Below are positions 11,547 to 22,321 of a stretch of DNA of 64,000 nucleotides, in pieces. The stretch lies in assembly GCF_964213995.1 (NCBI RefSeq), contig NC_135830.1, forward strand, positions 19,468,001-19,532,000, in the 5' to 3' direction. Origin of the DNA: Mustelus asterias. Its lineage: Eukaryota. Within the stretch, counting starts at the first letter, position 1; the number at the start of each line of letters is the position of its first letter. The notes beneath the pieces were generated by a model. The model searched no databases and was not told the origin of the DNA. It worked only from the letters and a program-made list of their open reading frames with translations. The translations under genes and the position numbers were made by a program.

Positions 11547-12287
11547 GTTAAAGTAAAGTTTATTTATTCCTCACAAGCAAGGCTTACAATGAAGTTACTG
11601 TGAAATTCTCCTAGTGTCTTAGGCTGCACTCCCTTTTTGTTGATGTTTTGATTGCACTTCAGTCCCACGCTCCTGATCTACGGACACCCGGTGAGGGGAG
11701 GGGAGGGATGGCGACCTCCTCGTGAACCTGCTCCTGGGCCTGGCGAAACGCGCCATTTACCGGTCCAGGCAGCGGGCGATCGAGGGGGCCGTCCATCCTG
11801 ATTCTCTGCCCCTCTACCGCGGTTACGTTCGCGGCCAGGTGTCCCTGGAGAGGGAGCATGCGGTGTCCACGGGCCTGGTTGACGCCTTCCGCGCCCGTTG
11901 GGCACCGCAGGGGTTGGGGTGCATTATTGACCCTGACAATCACATTATAATTTGATGTTTTTAAGTTTCCTTTGTACTTTGATTTTTGTTCGGGCTGTTC
12001 CCCCCTCCTTTTGGGGAGCTGCCCCTTTTGCTTTGTCCTGACTTAATCTGAGTTTGTTTATTTGGTTTGACCTAAAAAGAGGCCACACTCCGGTGCCTGT
12101 TCGGGTCAATGCACTGAACCAGCACGTCTTTCGGACCGTGAGAGGAAACTAGAGCACCCGGAGGAAACCCGTGCAGACACTGGGAGAACATGCAAACTCC
12201 GCACAGACAGTGACCCAAGCCGGAAATTGAACCCGGGTCCCTGGTGCTGTGAGGCAGCAGTACTGACCACTGTGCCACCGTGCCGCT
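11547..12287 (-). mobile_element. V-SINE with alternative tail, split by a Tx1 insertion
   Basis: Tail 11547-11615; body and head 12080-12287. Confidence 0.8.
11640..12078 (+). mobile_element. Tx1-clade LINE 3' end
   Basis: ORF 11722..11955 (NLLLGLAKRAIYRSR...FRARW) resembles the Tx1 ORF2 C-terminus; T-rich 3' UTR follows. Confidence 0.7.
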
Positions 12288-12611
12288 CCCTCGTTGGTAC
12301 GTGTCCTCAGACTTTTGTATCTTTTTCCCTGACGGAAGAAGGTGGAAGAGAGTATGTCCGGGGTGCGTGGGGTCCTTAATTATGCTGGCTGCTTTTCCGA
12401 GGCAGTGGGAAGTGTAGACAGTGTCAATGGGTGGGAGGTTGGTTTGCGTGATGGACTGGGCATCGATTCACAACCCTTTGTAGATTCTTGCGATCTCAGT
12501 CAGAGCGGGAGCCATGCCAAGCCGTGATACAACCAGAAAGGATGCTTTCTATACTGCATCTGTAAAAGTTGACTTGGGGGAACAAGAGAGGAAAAAATAT
12601 TGCTGAGAAAC

Positions 12612-12923
12612 TAGAACAAAGAACAATACAGCACAGGAACAGGCCCTTCGGCCCTCCAAGCCCGTGCCGCTCCCTGGTCCAAACTAGACCATTCTTTTGT
12701 ATCCCTCCATTCCCACTCCGCTCATGTGGCTATCTAGATAAGTCTTAAACGTTCCCAGTGTGTCCGCCTCCACCACCTTGCCTGGCAGCGCATTCCAGGC
12801 CCCCACCTCCCTCTGTGTAAAATATGTCCTTCTGATATCTGTGTTAAACCTCCCCCCCTTCACCTTGAACCTATGACCCCTCGTGAACGTCACCACCGAC
12901 CTGGGGAAAAGCTTCCCACCGTT
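12612..12923 (-). mobile_element. CR1 subfamily B 3' end, module-free form
   Basis: ORF 12684..12896; a single copy of the 23-bp motif AGCCCGTGCCGCTCCCTGGTCCA precedes the tail. Confidence 0.9.
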
Positions 12924-12990
12924 CCCAGAGTTGTCTGTTCTGAATTTTTATCCTGGACTTTGTCATCATTTTCCTTAATTTGTTTTGCAG

Positions 12991-13353
12991 GGTGTTCACA
13001 GGGGAGAATTTGCAGACAAAAAAACTCCAACCAAACATTACATCAAGATTTAACTGAATTATTCGATTCATCAGGATCTGAATTTAATCGACCTTTGAAT
13101 GTGGAAGGAGAAATGTTTCTCTGTTCTGTCTGCGGGAAAAGATTTCAACCATCAGCGTGACTGGAAAAGCACCGAGACACACACATAGCCAAGTGAGAGT
13201 GTTCCATTGAACTGACTGCGGTAAGAGCTTTAACCAGTTACACAGCCTGAAAAAACATTGCAGCATTCACAGCGGGGAGAAACCTCGTGTTCGGCGTGTG
13301 GATAAGGATTCAACTGATTACCCAACCTGGAGAGACACAAGGACACCGGCACC
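12991..13353 (+). pseudogene. Decayed N-terminal spacer and ~3 dead fingers in the ZNF-2 exon upstream of its ATG
   Basis: After the acceptor (12989-12990): [51 protein letters not shown], then VFH*TDCGKSFNQLHSLKKHCSIHSGEK, with stops and frameshifts. Confidence 0.75.
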
Positions 13354-14634
13354 ATGGAGAAACCGTGGAAATGTGGGGACTGTGGGAAGGGATTCAATTA
13401 TCCATCCCGGCTGGAAATCCATCGACGCATTCACACTGGGACCAGCATTACAGAGAGACCGTGGAAATGTGAGGATTGTGGTAAAGGATTCTATTATCCA
13501 TGCCTACTGGAAATCCACCGACGCAGCCACACCGGGGAGAAGCCATTCACCTGTTCTGTGTGTGGGAAGGGATTTATTAAGTCGGCGAGCCTCGTGTCAC
13601 ACCAGCGAATTCACACTGAGGAGAGACCATATCGCTGCACTTACTGTGAAAAGAGGTTTAAGCAGTCATCCACCCTCACTGCACATCAGCGAATTCACAC
13701 TGGGGAGAGACCATTCAGCTGCTCTGTGTGTGGGAAGAGATTCACCCAGTCCTCCATCCTGTTGATACATCAACGCACTCACACTGGGGAAAAGCCGTTC
13801 ACCTGCTCCATATGCGGGAAAGGATTCACTCAGTCATCCGGCCTTTCAACACACCAGCGAGATCACACTGGGGAGAGGCCGTTCACCTGCTCTCTCTGTG
13901 GGAAGGGATTCACTCAGTTATCAGCCCTGCTGACACACCAGAGAAATCACACTGGGGAGAAGCCTTACAGCTGCACGTCCTGTGGAAAGAGGTTCAGGTC
14001 TTCATCCAACCTCAGTGCGCACAAGCGTGTTCACGCAGGGGAGAAACCATTCACCTGCTCCGAGTGTGGGATGGGGTTCACTCAGTCGGCCAACCTGGTG
14101 GTGCACAAGAGAATCCACACTGAGGAGAAGCCATTCAGCTGCACCTCCTGTGGAAAGAGCTTCAGGCAGTTATCCACCCTCACTGCGCACCAACGCACTC
14201 ACACCGGGGAGAGACCGTTCACCTGCTCCGTGTGTGGCAAGGGATTCACTCAGTCAGCCAGCCTCATGTTACACCAGCGAATTCACACTGAGGAGAGGCC
14301 GTTCAGCTGCACTCACTGCGGAAAGAAATTCAGGCAGTCTTCCGACCTCACTTCACACCAGCGAATCCACACTGGGGAGAGGTCATTCATCTGCTCCGTG
14401 TGTGGGAAGGGATTCACCCAGTCGTCCGGTCTCTGGTCACACCAGCGAGTTCACACTGGGGAGAAGCCGTTCGGCTGCACTCACTGTGGAAAGAGTTTCA
14501 GATCTTCATCTGATCTCAACGTACACAAGCGGGTTCACACTGGGGAGAGGCCGTTCACCTGCTCTGTGTGTGGCAAGGGATTCACTCGGTCAGCCAATCT
14601 GCGGACACACCAGAGAGTCCATAAGCGTCTGTAG
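13354..14634 (+). CDS. Tandem C2H2 zinc-finger protein ZNF-2 (15 fingers)
   Basis: Uninterrupted 426-aa ORF, ACCATGG start, TGEKP/TGERP linkers. Confidence 0.95.
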   Translation: MEKPWKCGDCGKGFNYPSRLEIHRRIHTGTSITERPWKCEDCGKGFYYPCLLEIHRRSHTGEKPFTCSVCGKGFIKSASLVSHQRIHTEERPYRCTYCEKRFKQSSTLTAHQRIHTGERPFSCSVCGKRFTQSSILLIHQRTHTGEKPFTCSICGKGFTQSSGLSTHQRDHTGERPFTCSLCGKGFTQLSALLTHQRNHTGEKPYSCTSCGKRFRSSSNLSAHKRVHAGEKPFTCSECGMGFTQSANLVVHKRIHTEEKPFSCTSCGKSFRQLSTLTAHQRTHTGERPFTCSVCGKGFTQSASLMLHQRIHTEERPFSCTHCGKKFRQSSDLTSHQRIHTGERSFICSVCGKGFTQSSGLWSHQRVHTGEKPFGCTHCGKSFRSSSDLNVHKRVHTGERPFTCSVCGKGFTRSANLRTHQRVHKRL

Positions 14635-14974
14635 TGGTTGGATCCTGCTATTAATTGCATCCAGCAATGATAGTCTGACAATGTTAGATTTGTTTCTGTT
14701 GATGGTAATAACCCTATAACTGGCTGGAGTTTAATATTCTGGAGACATCACTAATTTTCAGAGTCTGGTATCAATTCAGGAACTCACGACAGAGACTTAC
14801 TTTCATTAAAATAATCAATTTTTACTTTCATCGTAAATTGATCTTTGCAAAATCTACAATTCAGTGTCTGAGAGATTCCACCGATTGACATCTCCTATTA
14901 GAAAGTGCTGAGTAATCCTTGCTGACTTGCACATTACGTACAGTGACACCTCCATTTTGAAAATAAACTATCAA

Positions 14975-16023
14975 GGAACGTTCAACACAATCGTGAAACA
15001 TTTTAGAGGCTCATCAGTAAAAGCTTCCAACAAAAATCAGTATTGATATTGATGCAACTGGGAAGTCGCTGAGTTCAATCATTTCTGACGCAGCGGCAGC
15101 AACATTTGGTGAAGATGGAACCCACGACAAAGACTGGTTTGAGACCCACTCAGCAGAGATAACATCTGTCATTGAAGCAAAAAGCAAAGCCTGCCTGATG
15201 TACAACAAAAACCCAACAGCTGGAACACTACAACACTTGAAAGTAGTCAACGCCAGATGTGTAAAAAGCAGGGAGATCATTAGAATCCTACAGTGCAGAA
15301 GGAGGCCATTCGGCCCATCGAGTCTGCACCGACCACAATCCCACCCAGGCCCTACCCCCACATATTTACCCGCTAATCCCTCTAACCTATGCATTTTAGG
15401 ATTCTAAGGGGCAATTTTTAACCTGGCCAATCAACCTAACCCGCACATCTTTGGACCGTGGGAGGAAACTGAAGCACCCGGAGGAAACCCATGCAGACAC
15501 GGGGAGAATGTGCAAACTCCACACAGACAGTCACCCAAGGCCGGAATTGAACCCGGGTTCCTGGTGCTGTGAGGCAGCAGTGCTAACCACTAGGCCGCCC
15601 TGATACAGTGCAAATAAGCACTGGATCGGCCTATGTCAATGATTCCAAACTGCCTGTGACAATTACCATCTGCGTGCTGTGTGTATGATGGGATCAAAAC
15701 AGCGCTTTGTCTTCTCATCACCAATATTGCCTGTAATCGTGGATTGTGAAGTTCCCGCTGACGGAAGTAAACAGATGTCCCACTGGGTTAAACACGACGG
15801 TGAGCTGTACTCCCGTGAGACGGACATCTCCCAGTCTCTGACTCTACTGCAGCTTCCTGTCATGGTCGAGTTGGACGAGGAACCCTCATCACTTGAGCTG
15901 GGAAAGGCCATTGATTGCTGAGCCACCAGAAAGGCTCCCAGCAAGGATGGAATTCCAACTGAACTGCTCCGACACGGAAAGTCCCATCGACTGTCTGACT
16001 TTCATGATCTCCTCCTCTTTTGC
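14975..16023 (+). mobile_element. RTE-clade LINE, degenerate (5' part; continues at 21850)
   Basis: ELDEEPSSLELGKAIDC...KAPSKDGIPTELL motif typical of the RTE pre-RT region. Confidence 0.7.
15277..15598 (-). mobile_element. HE1-type V-SINE
   Basis: Head, V-domain, tail. Confidence 0.9.
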
Positions 16024-16362
16024 CAAAAAAAACAAGCCCGAAGGCTCTGTGTTTCGATGTGAGGAACATTTGTAATAGGGTGGATGAATTAGCTGCGCAG
16101 ACAGTCATTAACGGATATGATGTAATTGGGATCACGGAGACCTGGCTCCAGGGTGACCAGGGATGGGAACTCGACATCCAGGGCTATTCAATATTCAGGA
16201 AAGATAGATGGAAAGGGGATTGGGAGGGTAGCATCACTGGTTAAAAAGGAGATTAATGCAATAGTAAGGAAGGGCATTAGCCCGGGCGATGTGGAATCTT
16301 AATGGGTGGAGCTGTGTAACACCAAAGGACATAAAAAGCTAGTGGGAGCAGTGTACAGACCA

Positions 16363-16964
16363 CAAAGAACAAAAAGAACAATACAGCACAGGAACAGGCC
16401 CTTCGGCCCTCCAAGCCCGCGCCGCTCCCAGGTCCAGGATTGAATCCTGAATCCAGGATCCCCGCCCAATTTTCCAGCCTATCTACATCCTAATATCCTA
16501 TCCACCGAGCTGTCCCTCACAGCTACGATGCTTTGTTCATCACAACCTATTAACTCACCCCCACCCCCCCCATTCCAGACCATGTGATCTCCAGGGAGAG
16601 GCGAAAACCCAGAGTGAAAACCCCAGGGCCAATATGGGGAAAAAAAAATCTGGGAAATTCCTCTCCGACCCCCTGAGGCGATCGAAACGAGTCCAGGAGA
16701 TCACACTGGCCCCGATCGGAAAATGCTTCCCAACCCTATTCATTTCCATTTCCACGAACACCATATGAATTCCCTGCCCCCGAGACAGGTTCCCAACTAT
16801 CCGCAGTCTCGCTCTGTACTGGCACCAGCAAGATGATCATAGAATGAAGCCTTGAAACGAGAAGCAAAGAACAATTAGCCCGCGCCGCTCCCTGGTCCAA
16901 ACTAGACCCCTCTTTTGTATCCCTCCATTCCCACTCCGTTCATATAGCTGTCGAGATAAGTCTT
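16363..16964 (-). mobile_element. CR1 subfamily B 3' end carrying a 440-bp extra module
   Basis: Tail at 16363; 23-bp direct repeats 16414-16436 and 16877-16899 flank the insert 16437-16876. Confidence 0.88.
16583..16712 (+). ncRNA. Candidate structured RNA (multi-stem, pseudoknot) inside the CR1 module
   Basis: Nested complementary pairs TGTGATCTCC/GGAGATCACA, GGAGAGG/CCTCTCC, CCCAGA/TCTGGG, CCCCA/TGGGG; loop GGGCCA pairs with TGGCCC at 16707-16712. Strand inferred only from A-rich linkers. Confidence 0.5.
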
Positions 16965-17689
16965 TAAAGCTGTTGTAGTGAGGCTGAGGATGGCATCAAA
17001 CTGGAAATTAGAGATGCGTGCAGTAGGGTACAGCAGTTACCATGGGTGACTTCAATCTGCATATTGATTGGGTTCACCAAACTGTTAGCAATGCGATGGA
17101 GGAGGATTTCTTAGAATGTATAAGGAATGGTTTTCTCAACCAAGATGTTGAGGAACCATCTAGAGAGTAGACCATCCTAGACTGGGTATTGTATAACGAG
17201 AGAGGATTAATTAGCAACCTTGTGGTGATCCTTTGGGGAGGAGTGACCATAATATGGTAGAATTCTTCATGAAGGTGGAGAGTGACACAGTTAAGTCTGA
17301 GACGAGGGTCCTGAACTTGAGGAAAGCTAACTTTGATGATTTGAGACATGCATTAGCTAGGATAAGATGGCAAAGGATACTTAAGGGGTTGACAGTGGAT
17401 AAACAATGGCAGACATTTAAAGAACACACAGATGAACTTCAACAAACTGTACATCCCTGTTCTGGTGTAAAAGTGTATTGGGGAAGAGTAAAACGGCTAA
17501 CAAGGGAAATCAGGGATAGTGTTAAAGCCAAAGAGGAGGTATATAAACTGGCCAGAAAAAGCAGCAAACCTGAGGACTGGGAAAAATTTAAAATCCGGCA
17601 GAGGAGGGCAAAGGGTTTATTTCGGAAGGGGAAAATAGAATACGAGAATAAGCTTGCAGAAAAAACTGACTGCAAAAGCTTCTATAGAT

Positions 17690-18040
17690 ATAGAAATCAT
17701 AGAAACCCTACAGTACAGAAAGAGGCCATTCGGCCCATCGAGTCTGCACCGACCACAATCCCACCCAGACCCTACCCCCATATCCCTACAGATGTACCCA
17801 CTAATCCCTCTAACCTGCGCATCCCAGGACACTAAGGGGCAATTTTTTTTAGCGTGGCCAATCAACCTAACCCGCACATCTTTGGACTGTGGGAGGAAAC
17901 CGGAGCTCCCGGAGGAAACCCACGCAGACACGAGGAGAACGTGCAGACTCCACACAGACAGTGACCCAAGCCGGGAATCGAACCCAGGCCGCTGGAGCTG
18001 TGAAGCAGCAGTGCTAACCACTGTGCCACCGTGCCGCCCG
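17690..18040 (-). mobile_element. HE1-type V-SINE
   Basis: Head, V-domain, tail. Confidence 0.92.
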
Positions 18041-18290
18041 AGTGAGAAGAAAAAGACTGATGAAGACAAATGTAGGTCCCTTACAATTAGAATCAGGTGA
18101 ATTTATAATGGGCAACAAAGAGATGGCAGACCAGCTGATCAAATACTTTGGATCTGTCTTCACTAAGGAGGACACAAATAATCTTACAGAAAAACTAGGG
18201 GACGGAGGGTATAGCATGAAGGAGGAACTGACAGAAATCTGTATTAGTCAGGTAATTGTATTGGGGAAATTGCTGGGAATAAAACCCCAA

Positions 18291-18645
18291 GGGCGGCACG
18301 GTAGCACAGTGGTTAGCACTGCTGCTTCACAGCTCCAGGGACCTGGGTTTGATTCCCGGCTTGGGTCACTGTCTGTGTGGAGTTTGCACATTCTCCCCGT
18401 GTCTGCGTGGGTTTCCTCCGGGTGCTCCGGTTTCCTCCCACAGTCCAAAGATGTGCGGGTTAGGTTGATTGGCCATGCTAAAAATTGCCCCTTCGTGTCC
18501 TGAGATGCATAGGTTAGAGGGATTAGTGGGTAAATGTGTAGGTATATGGGAGCAGGACCTGGGTGGGATTGTGGTCGGTGCAGACTCGATGGGTCGAATG
18601 GCCTCTTTCTGCACTGTCGGGTTTCTATGATTTTTATGGTTTCTA
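18291..18645 (+). mobile_element. HE1-type V-SINE
   Basis: Head, V-domain, tail. Confidence 0.92.
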
Positions 18646-19134
18646 AGGGCCTGATGCTTTGCATCCCAGAGTACTCAAGAAAGTAGCCCGAGAAATAGTG
18701 GACACATTGGTGATCATTTTCCAGCATTCTATAGACTCTGGAAGAGTTCCAATGGATTGGAGGGGTAGCTAACGTAACCCCGCTTTTTAAAAAAAGAGGA
18801 AGAGAGAAAATGGGCAATTATAGACCAGTTATCCTGCCATCAGTTGTGGGGAAGATGCTGGAGTCAATTATTAAGGATGTAATAACTGAGCATTTGGAAA
18901 GCAGTGACAGGACCGGTCCAAGTCAGCATGGATTCACTGTGCTTGACAAATCTTCTGGAATTTTTTGAATGGGACCAGCAGAGTGGACAAGGGTGAACCA
19001 GTGCATGTTGCGTATCTGGGCTTCCAAAACTCTTTTAACAAGGTCCCACACAAGAGATTAGTGAGCAAAATTAAAGCTCATGGTATTGGGGGGATAATGT
19101 ATTGACGTGGATAGAGAACTGGTTGGCAGATAGG

Positions 19135-19299
19135 ACTGATGTGGAGATGCCGGCGTTGGACTGGGGTAAACACAGTAAGAAGTTTAACAACACCAGGTTA
19201 AAGTCCAACAGGTTTATTTGGTAGCAAAAGCCACACCGTGTGGCTCTTGCTACCAAATAAACCTGTTGGACTTTAACCGGGTGTTGTTAAACTTCTTAC
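19135..19299. mobile_element. Penelope-like terminal relic forming a ~129-bp palindrome
   Basis: 64-bp inverted arms (19173-19236 and 19238-19301, 2 mismatches); 11-bp flanking duplication TGGCAGATAGG; same sequence family as the hammerhead-bearing pieces at 22.6 and 33.9 kb. Confidence 0.7.
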
Positions 19300-19694
19300 T
19301 GGCAGATAGGGAGCAGAGAGTGGGAATAAACGGGTCCTTTTCGGAGTGGCAGGCAGCCACTAGTGGCGGTACCGCAGGGCTCATTGCTGGGACCCCAGCT
19401 ATTCACAATATACGTCAATGATTTGGACGAAGGAATTGAATGCAGTATCTCAAAATTTGCGGACGAAACTAAGTTGGGTGGCAGGGTGTGCTGTGAGGAG
19501 GATGCTAAGAGACTTGGGCAGCTGGCTGAGTGGGCAAATACTTGGCAAATGAAATAGAATGTGGATAAATGTGAGGTTATCCACTTTGGTGGCAAAAACA
19601 GGAAGGAAGATTATTATCTGAATGGTGACAGCTCAGGAAAAGGGGAAGTGCGACGTGACCTGGGTGTCATGGTGGAACAGTCGCTGAAGGTTGG

Positions 19695-20492
19695 TGCAGC
19701 CAGGGTTCCTTTCAGAGACTAAGTATTGCCAAAAGCTTTAGCTGATACAAAGATTCGCGGCACAGTAATATCCCAGTGAAAGATGTTCTTTATTGACCGA
19801 CGTACGATGGGAGAAGACTTCAGGCAGGCTGATGCCTCTCCGAATTTACATTACATTTGCTAACATTATTACCCATCTCCAAAATCACTTGTCCCGCCTC
19901 CTAGTTCATCCCTACCCCGGTGTGAATCAATCATCTGCGGGACAGGTCAGTCATTGTTAATAAATGTCATAGCCAACTGCATCCTACCCTCTGACACCAT
20001 GGGAATCATTGGTCCGTAAAATCCAGAAGCTTCTACCCTCTTGTCTCCTAGCAACTTCTATAACACTAATCATAGGGTCAAAAGCTCCTGTTTTCACTGA
20101 TCTGGTGAGCTACCTTTATCAGAAAAAATGAATAATCCTATTCATTTTAGAGTCTGGGAATCTGTACTTTCCCTGACCTACATTTGTAAAAATTGTACTC
20201 AAAGACTGCATTGATCTGAAAGAATGCGGTTTTTCTTCGCTAACTCCCATCCCATTATGCCTCGGGGCAGCCTGCATTTTGGCCAAAGTGTACAAAAAAT
20301 AAATCTGAAATACCTTAAATCCAAAATACATGTTTAAATCTTTTAACTGGTTATATGTGTTTCTGTGCGGACAGTATCTTCTGTAATATATTTAAGGTAG
20401 TCTGTGATTCTTATCCAAAGTTAATCCACTCAGTTTTTTAGTAGTCTCATTTAGTGTTTTAAATCTCAAGAGTGTTTTACAATTCTCTACCA
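19695..20492 (-). mobile_element. Solo LTR (798 bp)
   Basis: TG...CA ends, 5-bp target duplication GTTGG, minus-strand AATAAA near 19790; interrupts CR1 ORF2 cleanly. Confidence 0.7.
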
Positions 20493-20530
20493 GTTGGCAT
20501 GCAGGTACAGCACGGTTATGGTACGGTTTT

Positions 20531-20868
20531 GGGCGGCACGGTAGCACAGTGGTTAGCTGCTTCACAGCTCCAGGGACCTGGGTTCGATTCCCGGCTCGGG
20601 TCACTCTCTGTGCGGAGTTTGCACATTCTCCTCGTGTCTGCGTGGGTTTCCTCCGGGTGCTCCGGTTTCCTCCCACAGTCCAAAGATGTGCGGGTTAGGT
20701 TGATTGGCCATGCTAAAATTGCCCTGAGTGTCCTGAGATGCGTAGGTTAGAGGGATTAGTGGGTAAATATGTAGGGATATGGGGGTAGGGCCTGGGTGGG
20801 ATTGTGGTCGGTGCAGACTCGATGGGCCGAATGGCCTCTTTCTGTGCTGTAGGGTTTCTAAGTTTCTA
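20531..20868 (+). mobile_element. HE1-type V-SINE
   Basis: Head, V-domain, tail. Confidence 0.92.
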
Positions 20869-21510
20869 AGCAGGCAGTGATGTAAGCTAATGGTATGCTG
20901 GCCTTCATAACAAGAGGATTTGTGTATAGGAATAAGGAGGTCTTGCTGCAGTTACACAGGGCTTTGATGAGGCCACACCTTGAGTATTGTGCGCAGTTTT
21001 GGTCCAGTCTGAGGAAGGACATTTTTGCTATTGAAGGAGTCCAGTGAAGGTTCACCAGATTGATTCTTGGTATGGCAGGACTGACATATGAAGAGAGACT
21101 GGACTAACTGGGCTTGTACTCACTGGAATTTAGAAGAATGAGAGGGGATCTCATCGAAACATATAAAATCCTGATGAGGCTGCTGCGGGAAGAATGTTCC
21201 CAATGTTGGGGAAGTCCAAAACTAGGAGCCACAGTCTCAGAATAAGGGATGAGCCATTTAGAACTGAGATGAGGAAAAACTTCTTCACTCAGAGTTGTGA
21301 ACCTGTGGAATTCTCTACCGCGGAAAGCTGTTGGGGGCCTGTTTGTTAGGTATGTTCAGGAGGGAGTTGGATGTAGCCCTTACGGCCAAAGAGACCCAGG
21401 GGTATGGAGAGAAAGCAGGAGTGGGATACTGAAAGTGCATGATCAGCCACGATCATATTGAATGGTGCTGCAGGCTCGAAGGGCCGAATGGCCTACTCCT
21501 GCACCTATCT

Positions 21511-21818
21511 ACCAGGGTGGCACAGCGGTTAGCACTGCTGCCTCACAGCGCCAGGGACCTGGGTTCGATTCCCGGCTCGGGTGACTGCCTGTGTGGTGTC
21601 TGCACGTTCTCCCCGTGTCTGTGTGGGTTTCCTCCGGGTGCTCCGGTTTCCTCCTGCGGTCCAAAAGATGTGCTGGTTAGGGTGCATTGACCGTGCTAAA
21701 TTCTCCCTCCAGTGTAACCCGAACAGGCGCCGGAATGTGGCGACTGGGGGATTTTCAGAGTAACTTCTTTGCAGTGTTAATGTAAGCCTACTTGTGTCAC
21801 GAATAAATATACTTAAAC
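21511..21818 (+). mobile_element. V-SINE with alternative tail
   Basis: Same head and V-domain; tail ...GTAAGCCTACTTGTGTCACGAATAAA. Confidence 0.85.
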
Positions 21819-21849
21819 TATTTTCTATGTTTGGGGTATAAGACTGGTC

Positions 21850-22086
21850 CACAGAACAAGTGTGATGCAACCATCAGGAACAAAAGCAATGGCAACAGAG
21901 GAGATTGCAACAACCGCAGGGACATCTCACTCCTGAGCGTCACTGGGAAGGCCTTCACCAGGGTCAGGTTTAAAAGACTCCAGCTCCTTGCAGACTGAGT
22001 GTATCCAGAAGCACAGCGTGCGGTTTCTGTGCTGACAGATCTACAGTGAACACGATCTTCTCCACACACCAGCTACAAGAGAAGTG
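21850..22086 (+). mobile_element. RTE-clade LINE RT fragment (continuation of 14975-16023)
   Basis: GDCNN.RDISLLSVTGKAF...YPEAQ-GF..DRST..IFS..QLQEK. Confidence 0.75.
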
Positions 22087-22321
22087 AACAATTGGTATTG
22101 AATCTGAAACAGCTCCTGTGCTGAGAAAACTGAAATGTTCTAATTACTGAGTGAAAGTAAATCTTTCAGTATGAATCACAATTTACTTGTACACTTGGAA
22201 AAAGTGCGAAAACGTTTGATACTATGAAGATAAACTTCAACCTTGAAGTTGTGTTTTGGAGCTCACAATCTGGTGAAGCTTTGTGAATGTTTGCGCCCTC
22301 CCTTTGAAAACATGATATGGA

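Larger units (their letters stand above)
11328..12572 (-). mobile_element. Rex1 LINE 3' fragment split by a V-SINE and a Tx1 element
   Basis: Tail at 11328; Rex1 sequence 11328-11548 resumes at ~12290. Confidence 0.8.
16035..21830 (+). mobile_element. Old CR1 LINE ORF2 (APE+RT) fragmented by at least seven younger insertions
   Basis: ORF pieces 16020..16244 (GITETWL), 17233.. (SDHN), 18042.., 19363..19557 (PQGS, FADE) and 20870-21500 are colinear with CR1 ORF2. Confidence 0.88.

Noticed and set aside
13208-13210. TGA at a finger Cys position in both ZNF-2 and ZNF-3 (29152-29150) read as selenocysteine
   Set aside because: Surrounded by other stops and frameshifts and no SECIS recognised; shared ancestral decay is simpler
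16673-16695. CTGAGGCGATCGAAAC in the module read as a hammerhead core
   Set aside because: Lacks the CUGANGA box and stem II geometry; the HDV-like topology also does not fit
17617-18100. Recurrent ORFs such as MVSTAASQLQGPGFDSRLGSLSVW and MQKEAIRPIESAPTT
   Set aside because: Chance reading frames of the HE1 SINE on both strands
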